Positions 26,578 through 36,655 of a stretch of DNA of 64,000 nucleotides are shown here, one piece after another (positions within the stretch are counted from its first letter, which is position 1; the number at the start of each line of letters is the position of its first letter). Under the pieces are notes generated by a model. It did not search any database. It saw only the letters and a program-made list of their open reading frames with translations, and was not told where the DNA came from. The position numbers and the translations under genes were made by a program. The stretch comes from Balanoglossus misakiensis (taxonomy: Eukaryota; Animalia; Hemichordata): contig CM082583.2 of the NCBI GenBank assembly GCA_040954595.2, positions 9,162,254 through 9,226,253 of the forward strand, read 5' to 3'.

Positions 26578-26618
26578 GTGATTCCAATGATTTGTATATA
26601 TTATGTTGTTCTTTTCAG

Positions 26619-29600
26619 GTGCCCTGTCAACATGTATGGCTCTGCTCAACGTTTTACTGGTCGGCTTCGTATTCGCACCGTTTTTCATGTGTATCACAAC
26701 GCCGGCTAAAATTACTGGCAGCTTTCTGGGAATGCTCTACACGTCGTATTGGTAAAACAGTCAAATTCTAAGTCATAATCTAATAATGCATGACATCCGA
26801 TTTCGGATTATGAAGATACAAACTTTTCGTGCTGAATCTCATTCTTTATAATTAGTGAGATACGTCGTCTTTCATAAAGTTAATTTTCTTTTTGTTCGTT
26901 TTAACAGGGCTTATTTTTATACGTATTCCTACGCCGAATGTCCATATCTTATAAACGTGAGTACACTTAACTGGAACAAAAATTCTGAATAAACTACGTT
27001 ACATTTCCTTTCAAATTTGTTTCGAGTAGTCAGTGAAGCTGCCTACACTCGTTGGGTGGATGTGTTTGACTGATGACAGTCTAAGTGAATTTCAACTGAG
27101 TTGTGCATGCCTGTGATTTCAAATGCAGTGTTTTGACATGTCATAGTTTCTTTATTTTTTCTCTGGCGACCAGGACATCGACGCCAAGGTTTTTGCTATA
27201 CCCTTGATTCTGTCCTATTACTACATGTTCTTGCGTTTCTTCTTTGGATTTGTCATCAGCATCCATTTCAAATATTCAAAGGTAAGATTTCATTTTCTTT
27301 CTCTCAAACCTAAATAGAGTTTCAAAACACACAACAAGTATTTAAAGTCCGAATAGCTGCCAATTTATGAATTATTTTCGTGCAAGAGCACAAAACTATC
27401 GTAGTATGCTCACATGGGTTTTAAAATCATACTTCTGTGACCTTCTGCTCTCAGATTGACATTGATGGAGACGACAGGCCCCTTGGCTTACGGAAATTGC
27501 ATTTGGATTACGTTTACGTGCACAGATTGCTCCAAAAGCACGACATCCCACTCAAGTAAGTTTGCAGAATAATTGACTCTTTTTAAGGGAAGTTCTCTGT
27601 CTGGATGCATTTGGGAAATGTTTAATATTTTCCTGCTGTAGTTCGTTTATATAATAAATATTATGCATATTTTCTTCAGGCCAGAGAAAAAGACGAAAAT
27701 GGACAAGTTTAAAGATTTATTTTATCATAGTATACCCGGTAAGGAAAGAGTATAGTTTTACATCATATGTGCGACACTAAATATGTACGCACGGCCAAGT
27801 ACACAGCTATACGTTAATGTTAGCATTATATGTTGTAGCAACCATGCTAGGGATGTAATTTACATGAGATAAATCATTCTTCTTAACAGGTTTTAAATAT
27901 TCCCGGAGGATACTTTGCACAGTGTTTGTTTGCTTGCTGTCTTTGTATCAAGTAAGTCACCCCACTAATTTAATTTCGAACAAGTCACAGTAATCCCCTT
28001 TGAAATACCTTTGTTTCTTCGTGGTTTCTTCATCACATCTTGTCCCAACAGGTCAATCTCATCGTGCTGTTCATCGTCGGCGAGCCTCTGCGGTATGGCT
28101 GCGAAGAGTTATTTGTGGAAGGTGGCGAGGCGGAGGAGTTTTTCCACTCTATTAATCAGAGTCACCTCTTTGACGAAGCGGCGTTAATTGTCTGCGTTGG
28201 ATACAGTGAGTATTTAAAACAATTATATTAAAAAGCGATATACATACATACATGTCATACGAGTATGTTATCATATTTTGATGCTTTTGATCTGAAGTGC
28301 CTGGGAATATAATCTTTATTCTTTTACAGAAACATTTCGAGTCTCTGCCAACATTTCAGCAATCATACATATAGTGTATCTCATTCACATGTTAGCAGTA
28401 TACAGGTGAGATCAAACTTACCTTTTATCCGGCAGTCACATCAATTTACTTACCTGTATGACGCCAAACGTCGTGTAGAGCTCTTTCTCTGCTTTATGCT
28501 ATAATGCAAACATGATATTGTATTACATCTTGGAAGTTCACTTAACAAAATTAGACTGAACCCATAAAACAGAAATATATAGTGTGACCGAAAATTTTAC
28601 ACTTTGCAGACGATATATGTTGAAAATGTACAAAGGGGATAGGTCTTTCTGGCCGCCAGAACTCAAGTCCAACGTCAGCCTTCTGGTAAGTAAGTTCTCT
28701 TGACAGCACTGGGGGACGGTTCTGTGAAGCCTAATACCTGAGTGCACACAATTTTATGTCTATGTTTCCGTCATTATTTTTACGTTTCAATTTAATTGTG
28801 TCCCTTTTTGCTTCAGGTTGCCAGTCTGCGTTTTTCGGGATATCAGATAGCATATATTTTATGGGGTGAGTTTTACTTATAGTAAATTGACTTCCAAAAT
28901 ACAAATACGATCAACCCTAGGGGCTGTACTCCGCCCTGTACTTCCCCGTCGAAGCAGGGGAGTCATTGATCACAGTTGACGCATTCATTCGAAAACAAGC
29001 TTTTAAAATGCCATAAATTATGACAAACAAGTAAAATAAACAGAGTCACACTTTGTCAGACGGGCAATCAGTTGCAGCAAAATTTACCCATTTTTCTCCG
29101 AGAACCTTGACCTTAATGCCATTTGCCACATTGCACCAATTACTCTGAACCCTTTACAGTACGAGTACTTGCAATAACTTTTACGTCAATCATCTCGATC
29201 TCTCCGGAAGGCTATATGATCAGCCAGTTGATATTGTGGATTGCGGTATTGCTTCTTATATACGGATTTTTCCTCGCCATTCGTGACGGCAGACAGTCCA
29301 TCATACTCTTTTTGATCGCGGAATATTGGTAAGTCTCTTGAAACCGGCGTTTTCTTGATTTATCATAGCAGGAACGCTGTGAAATCCTCACCGAGGTTGA
29401 GGAGGGTTCAGCTCGAAATTCCGATGATATTACAATGAACACGATTGTCTTGGGCTTGTTAATGTTGAGATATGCTATGAAATGGCCTCTATAAACGATA
29501 CATTTTCTGTTATTTTCCCAGGTTCACAGCGGTCATTGCCTTGTTGCTTTACCTCCTTCAAGTATTTACAGCAAAACACGTATTTCTACTTGACAAAGGC

Positions 29601-30772
29601 AAAGGCAAAGCGTTTGGTATAAATAATAGGTAAGCTAGTTTTCCCACATCCCGCAGAACCGATGAGTCAGTACCCTTCGGCAAAGAGAATACAAGTACCC
29701 AATTTGGCATATGAAGCAAAATGACACAATCGTTCCAATTAATGAAATATATAATATCCCGTCAGTTGAAATCCACTTCATTTAAGATTCTCCGCTTGGG
29801 ATAGGAAGAGCGGAAAAATATTACACACTCTTTTATTTTCTCGTTCAAGACGCATGTATCACGTTGCCAACTACTTGCTGTTCTTCTTCAACGTCATTCT
29901 CGGGCTGTTCTCGTGTTTGTTTCGGATCGGCAAAGCGCTCATTTTTGGACTGTTGTTCGTCGGACGAACAGACAAGTGTCTCCTCATGCGGGGCTTTGAG
30001 AAGTTCGACACGGGTGCGTATTTCAAAACACGTCACTTTGAATTTTGGGATATTTATTTAGTTTTATTTATCTTTTTAAATACTTGCCCCAATCATTATA
30101 CAGATAAGAAAATAAGGAAGGAAGGAGTAGTATGTATGAGATATGATTATTTTTTCCGTAGTATTTGTTCTGCGCATCGACTATGGTTCTCTCTACTTCC
30201 TATAGTACAAAAGCCCTAATGACGACCGACAAATGAAAGTGGTTCTCAATCAGGGGCAGTCTTCCCAATATGAAGTATATTGTCACACACACAGGTTTCA
30301 AAGCTTACCTTGGATTCCTGAAGGTCGAGGAAGCCCACACCCACCCGGTTCTGGTGACCTTCTGTGACCTCTTGGCGAACCAGATCCCCAGGATACGCTC
30401 TGACGTCACTGAAGCCGACTACGACGAGGAAACTAATGCAATTTGCTGTTTCAAAAGTCGACACAAAACAACGATGGTGACGGAAACAGGTACAGTATGT
30501 GGTGATAATATCAGGAGGCATTTATGTGTTTATGTATGACAACTCTTTTAAGATAGTAAAGTCAATTAGTTACATTCTGGATTGTTTCCCCTCTCTTTTC
30601 AGATATCGAAATTGAGTGTTTTGTCCAGTGTTACAGGCGTTCACGGCTGGCCAGAAATCGTTGGTTTGTCGCCTACACTATGATCAGAAACCCTCTCCTG
30701 ATGAAGGAACGTTCATCGACCTTGCCACCAGCGCTGCGCAGAGTCAGTGACGATGGAGACGACAATTTTTGA
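26619..30772 (+). CDS. STRA6: STRA6 / STRA6-like (RBP receptor family) multi-pass membrane protein; 3' 15 coding exons, 5' exons not in window
   Basis: Hand-spliced GT-AG exons with consistent phases: 26619-26751, 26908-26956, 27174-27281, 27455-27555, 27680-27738, 27890-27951, 28052-28205, 28330-28405, 28610-28685, 28817-28865, 29211-29328, 29522-29629, 29850-30013, 30295-30489, 30603-30772 (TGA 30770-30772). Translation contains family hallmarks: GSFLGMLYTSYW, YVHRLL, PGFKYSRRI, YRRYMLKMYKGD, LRFSGYQIAYILWGY, INNRRMYH..YLLFFFNVILG, RTDKCLLMRGFEKFDTGFKAYLGFLKVEEAHTHPVLVTFC and ARNRWFVAYTMIRNPLL (cf. vertebrate RARWGLAYTLLHNP calmodulin-binding segment). STRA6 vs STRA6L orthology is not resolved. 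Confidence 0.93.
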
Positions 30773-31585
30773 ATATTTTGTAAATTGAAATGCTTGATCT
30801 TTTTTATCCAGAAGTCTTAACCCATAAGAAGCATTAAAATAAGCAAAGAGCAAATTCAACCGAAGTTATCTCAGTTTAATTCTCCTGGCGACCTAGTTCA
30901 ACAGTCACCATCGTCGAAGGCGGGTCAGGAATAATCGATTCCTCATTTCAAATATGTAACCATTTAGTAAGGGTATGAGTGTCACTTCGATACCAGAGAT
31001 AATTGTGCAATACAAAGATGGTATGTATGAATAGCGACGTCGCCTTATCACTCAAAAACCTGTTTGCGCAACTGTGGAACCTTTGTCTAATAATATGTTC
31101 GACTCGTCGTTCGTACTGTAACCCACTTGAGACTGTTTGTTTACCGTCAATGTTGACCAGAAGCGTGTGGCCAAGTTGAAACGACTAGTCGAAGAGCTCG
31201 CTGCTAAGTCACAGAACACTCCCGTTTTATCTCAGCCAAATTATGCGTCAAGACCCATCAAAACTCGAATTCCCATCTAAAGGCCACCACAAGCTACTCT
31301 ATCAGATAGTAAAATCCTCAGAGATGGGCACTGAAAAAACATACACAAATTCTCTGATTTCATTTACAAACATGGAAAAATTTAATGAACACTGCAAAGC
31401 CGTTTCTACACACAGTATGATTAATAAAAATTACATTTATGAAATATTCAAAATTGCTCAACTCACAATATGGAGTCAATTAGTCTTTGTGATATTTCGA
31501 TTAAAAGTCCGGTTTCGGGTATTTCAGTTCCCCCAGCTTCTGCTTTCTAGCTCATGCTCCGTTCTTCGAGTACCTTCAGGTGCAC

Positions 31586-31984
31586 CTAGGCGCGTTTCAG
31601 GTAGCGCTTGCCGACGACGCTGACGCCAGGCTTGGACAGGCTGATGACCATCGTGTCGCCCTTGACTTCGCGGGTCTCGGTGACGGCGTAGTCCGTGGTG
31701 CTCTTGATGGTCAGTGTGAGTCCGTCGACGGACGCCACCACCTTGTCCTTGATCCCGATCATGGGCAGATCCAGGTCGAACTCCGTGCCCAGCTTGAAGC
31801 GCTGCTCTTTCGCCCGGCCCTTGGCGGTGGTGGTGATGATGAACGTGTCTCCCTCCACCTTGTTCTCCACAACGCTGTCGATGGACTCCGCCTCTTTGGC
31901 CTTGTCGGCCGCCACGCCGATCGCCAGCAGAAACTTCTCCATGTTCTCCGACTTATCGAACTTCCACTTTCCAGCAAATGACAT
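31586..31984 (-). CDS. FABP: Intronless iLBP/FABP-family protein, copy 1 (132 aa)
   Basis: MSFAGKWKFDKSENMEKFLLAIG...FKLGTEFD...TETREVKGDTMVISL...VVGKRYLKRA. Shows the GxW N-terminal motif, SEN helix start, FxLG strand and typical iLBP length. True ATG at 31984; the ORF track extends it upstream from a non-ATG start. Confidence 0.93.
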   Translation of the reverse strand: MSFAGKWKFDKSENMEKFLLAIGVAADKAKEAESIDSVVENKVEGDTFIITTTAKGRAKEQRFKLGTEFDLDLPMIGIKDKVVASVDGLTLTIKSTTDYAVTETREVKGDTMVISLSKPGVSVVGKRYLKRA

Positions 31985-32083
31985 GATGACAGTTTGGTCT
32001 CGGGGTCGCTTAGGTGAGTTTGCCGGGCTGTGTAACACGATCAACGCCTTGCTCAGAAGGTTAGGATCTCACAGCTCGACGTT

Positions 32084-32110
32084 GACATTTAAAGAAAAAT
32101 ATATGCAAAT
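32084..32110 (-). promoter_or_regulatory. TATA-like box with adjacent octamer (ATGCAAAT 32103-32110), FABP copy 1 promoter
   Basis: + strand GACATTTAAAGAAAAATATATGCAAAT aligns without gaps to CATATTTATTGAGAATATTATGCAAAT upstream of copy 5. Confidence 0.5.
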
Positions 32111-32562
32111 TAGATATCCGAAGTGTAGGCGTGGTCGCGGGATCCTCATTGTTCCTGTTGCCAAAATTTAAATTATCGATTATTTATGATATTTAATTTC
32201 CAATAAACAAGAAAGGACGCCGTCTTAATCTTTATTAGGGGATTCTTGTTTTTTTCAGGTGTTACATTGACCTATCATATCTTGGAAAAAAACGAATATC
32301 ATAGTTAAGCAGATGCTGCAACCAAACTTCAATCGTTCCTTATCAGGATTAAAGAAAAAATAAGCCAAAAAATGATCTATCGTAATTTAACTTTATCAAT
32401 AAAGTTTATTGTGAAGACTGTAAAATAGTCTTTAATACGTAATGATCGACGCATAACAGGAGATATCGACCCGTTAAAGATAATACAGTTGAAAAATTAT
32501 AATTTACGATTTGGCAATAACGGCGTCTGAACAGAATAAATCATACAAATCGCCATGTTAGC

Positions 32563-32579
32563 TGACCCTTTCTTGACCC
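32563..32579 (-). promoter_or_regulatory. Candidate DR5 retinoic acid response element GGGTCA-AGAAA-GGGTCA
   Basis: + strand TGACCC TTTCT TGACCC is an exact RGKTCA(N5)RGKTCA match on the coding strand, ~580 bp upstream of the copy 1 ATG. Confidence 0.45.
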
Positions 32580-33639
32580 TCGTTTGTGGCCAAAGTTCTC
32601 CTTTGGTATATATATTTAAAATTGTATTTCTTAAATATCGATGAAGAACCTGATAGATTTTACACGAAACTTATGCGATACCAGTAGCTGCATATCTGTG
32701 ACTATTGCGGGTTAACATGGGTGTCTATTGGCTTCTGCAGTCAAAATGACCTTTGACACTCGCCCATGTCACACAGAGTCAAGACTGGACCTCGATCTCT
32801 ACTTAAACAATGAAATGGCGAAGAATCTTTGATACTCAAGTTAAAGAACTTCAGATGGGTTCAATTTTTGACTAAAATTTCAGGAATGCCCTCAACTTTA
32901 AAGTTTGTGTCAAAATACGATTGAAACAATAAAATGCGTTTTTTAATTCTACGCCCGACAAACATTTTGAGATTACATTTTTATATTTTGTTATTGAATT
33001 ACGACTATCATTTATCCACTAACAGTCCACTCCCCCGAACATCAACAAATGTATTTTCTCTGAACTAGAAGTGTGAAGTAATACAAAAAGTATCATCAAT
33101 CCGGCGTCACAGTTATCATTCGACAAACATTCGACAAAGGACTGTGTCCACCACAATCACAAATTCGATTTTAAGATTCGGTGCATTCTACCACTAGACG
33201 ACAAACAGAGTGAGAAAAAAGGACAGCAGACAAGGTTTAGGTCGATGTACCCAGAGACCTGATATTGGGGCACTTATCGATATCCATGGATGTTAAGGTA
33301 CGCATCGTCATATACCCATCAAAATTTAATTAATTTGTTTTTGGTACGATGATCTCTAAGCTCCATTTATCGAACTTAGCTTGTAGTTGTTGCATGTGTG
33401 GCCACAACCCACGGCAGTAGTCACATTTATATTGGACAGCGTACCAAGAAAGAACGAGCTGCCGTACTTAACACCTACTGCCGTTTCTTTTACAACCATG
33501 GGAGATAAGAATGTTGAGATTACAATTCAATAAATTTTCATCTTTTGAAGGTTTAAGATTCTTACATATTTGTTTAATGCAACTAGGTGACATGTACAGG
33601 ACCATAAAAGGATACAGTACTGCGAGGTGACGTGTGTGT

Positions 33640-33660
33640 GGGGTGGGGATAGGGTGGGGG
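33640..33660 (+). other. Canonical G-quadruplex-forming motif
   Basis: GGGG T GGGG ATA GGG T GGGGG. Confidence 0.45.
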
Positions 33661-35089
33661 TGTCTCGTCGAATCTCTCATCCCTGCTTTAAGACAGTCTG
33701 ACCCATTCTCCAACAGCGCAGCCAGCGGTAGAAATCTCTCTTCCACAGAGAAACTGCATTGCGCCCCCAAACACGAGTGGTGAAGCAGTAGTGATGAATG
33801 TTATGGCGCACTCAGCGACGTAACGCCAAAGTTTGCCTCCTGTCTCGGCTTTTGTAGTGTATATGGATAGGTTTACTTGGAAAAGCTCAGCAAGGATACA
33901 GACTTTGGATTTGTGGCGACTTTTAACATACTATTGAACATTTTAGCAAATGTAGAAAACAGGTCAAACTTCAAGAATTTTCCATGGTTTCCAATTACGG
34001 CGTATGTCAGTATATATAATGGTTGCAAACCTGACGCTTTTTTACTTTCAATGGGACAACAGTTTGTTACAAATTAACGGGCCGACCTTTGACCTTACCC
34101 GTTTCAATTATCTCAACATTAAGACAGTGCTGGGGTAATAAAATGATACAGACACAAGTATTTCATTTCAACCTAATTCATTGAAAATTTTAATTTCAAA
34201 GTTTTGAAACCATAAACAAAATAGGATACATGTATACAGTATTATCTGTAGACTTACAATATGAAAAACGAGCAAGTACATACCAAGTTCTGTGAAGCTC
34301 AAACAAAAATTATCAAATCAAAAATTTATCAATGCAAGGCATACTAATTGCACTACATCAATATAAGTTCTATTGTCATTAGACGTTAGGTGGTCACTGC
34401 AGACTGCCAGTAACAGTTACAGCTGCATCGCGGAAAATGGACACTTCGTCCTCAGCTTGATTGCCGGATACCCATCTGGTCTTTGTATCTGCAAAACAAG
34501 CAATGTAGAAATGAATGTCCATGGACATGAAACAAAGCATGAGCACCACTGCACGCCAATTGTTGTTCATTCGCAGATGGTACATCATGCAAATCTGTAT
34601 GGCTGCCTGGAATTTCACTCTTTCAAATTGGTAACTTGATTAAATTCTACTGCAACAGCGCTAGAGATCTGCCCATACAAGATTATAATTGTACTTGTTA
34701 AACCAGCAACTCCTGGACATTGTGAACAAACACGACGCACTCGCACACCCCTACCATGTATTGTCTCCGTCATCGCCTCAGGTTTCTTTCCCAAAATTCT
34801 TACCTTCCCACAACCATGCAGCAATCTCTGGACATCAATCACACTGGCTGGCAATCATCTTGGCATCATCTATGGAATCCCTGGAATAAATTGAAAGTAC
34901 GTAAATGGAATGTCTCCTACAAAGATGGCGGACATGTTTGTGCCATAACAAAATGGCCACCCTTTGCGTTCGTTTGACTGGGAAACGGCACCAGTCTGAA
35001 TCGAAAAAAATCATCAAAATGGCCACCATGAAATGAGGGGCTTTGATATCTATATCCCTTCTGAAACCTTGCTTGAAACCTCTGGCCTT

Positions 35090-35765
35090 CGTTCAGCCAT
35101 TGAACATACTGCCCATACCGCACCCGGCTATACTGCTGCATGGCGAAAATAACTAGTCACTTAGGCCCCAGCTTGGTTGATGAATACCATTATGAGTTGA
35201 TCTCGTCTCTGGATCTGCAAAACAAGGAAATGAAGTGAATGTCTGTAATATTCATGATCGTTCAGGCATTGAACATACTGCCCTTACCGCACCCAGCTAA
35301 ACTGCTGCATGGCGAAAATAACTAGTCACTTGGGGCCCAGCTTGGTTGATGAATACCATTATGAGTTGATCTCGTCTCTGGATCTGCAAAACAAGGAAAT
35401 GAAGTGAATGTCTGTAATATTCATGATCGTTCAGCCATTGCACATACTGCCCTTACCGCACCCAGCTAAACTGCTGCATGGCGAAAATAACTAGTCACTT
35501 GGGGCCCAGCTTGGTTGATGAATACCATTATGAGTTGATCTCGTCTCTGGATCTGCAAAACAAGGAAATGAAGTGAATGTCTGTAATATTCATGATCGTT
35601 CAGCCATTGAACATAACTGCCCTTACCGCACCCAGCCATTCTGCTGCATGGCAAAAATAACTACATGTAGTCACTTAGGCCCCAGCTTGGTTGATGAATA
35701 CTATTATGAGTTGATCTCGTCTCTGGATCTGCAAAACAAGCAAAAAATGAAGTTAATGTCTGAAA
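35090..35765. repeat. 169-bp tandem repeat, ~4 copies
   Basis: GTTCAG(C/G)CATTG starts at 35091, 35260, 35429, 35598 (period 169). Confidence 0.95.
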
Positions 35766-35927
35766 AATATCAGGAACACGAAAGAAAACCTCTGTCATAA
35801 TAACAGACGTACACACACGAGAAGATGTGTGCAAAATTAACCACTCGGGTTTTACCAGTACATGTTTTGATAAAGTTTTATTGATTGCATTGGAGTTGTG
35901 GTAAAGATTACAAATCTCAACAAAAAC

Positions 35928-36655
35928 ATTATGAGTGCATGCATGTTTTTAATGTGTTTTTTTTATTGAATAATGACGAAAGATTACATATCTCAAAAAA
36001 ACTTGTATTATCTATATACGCAGCCCTAAGATGATCGGTACGGAAATAAACCACTCCCAGTATTATGAGTGCATTCATGTTTTTAATATTTTTTTATTGA
36101 ATAATGATGAAAGATAACATATCTGAAAAAAACTTGTATTATCTATATACGCAGCCCTAAGATGATCGGTACGGAAATAAACCACTCCCAGTATTATGAG
36201 TGCATTCATGTTTTTAATATTTTTTTATTGAATAATGATGAAAGATAACATATCTGAAAAAAACTTGTATTATCTATATACGCAGCCCTAAGATGATCGG
36301 TACGGAAATAAACCACTCCCAGTATTATGAGTGCATTCATGTTTTTAATATTTTTTTATTGAATAATGACGAAAGATAACATATCTGAAAAAAACTTGTA
36401 TTATCTATATACGCAGCCCTAAGATGATCGGTACGGAAATAAACCACTCCCAGTATTATGAGTGCATTCATGTTTTTAATATTTTTTTATTGAATAATGA
36501 TGAAAGATAACATATCTGAAAAAAACTTGTATTATCTATATACGCAGCCCTAAGATGATCGGTACGGAAATAAACCACTCCCAGTATTATGAGTGCGTGT
36601 ATGTTTTTAATATTTTTTTATTGAATAATGATGAAAGATAACATATCTGAAAAAA
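35928..36655. repeat. 131-bp tandem repeat, ~5.5 near-identical copies
   Basis: CAGCCCTAAGATGATCGGTACGGAAATAAACCACTCCCAG starts at 36021, 36152, 36283, 36414, 36545 (period 131). Confidence 0.96.

Noticed and set aside
34084-34096. DR1-like CGACCTTTGACCT and similar half-site pairs (29101, 40591, 48832, 49800)
   Set aside because: Imperfect matches of a motif class that is frequent in this sequence; not distinguishable from background.
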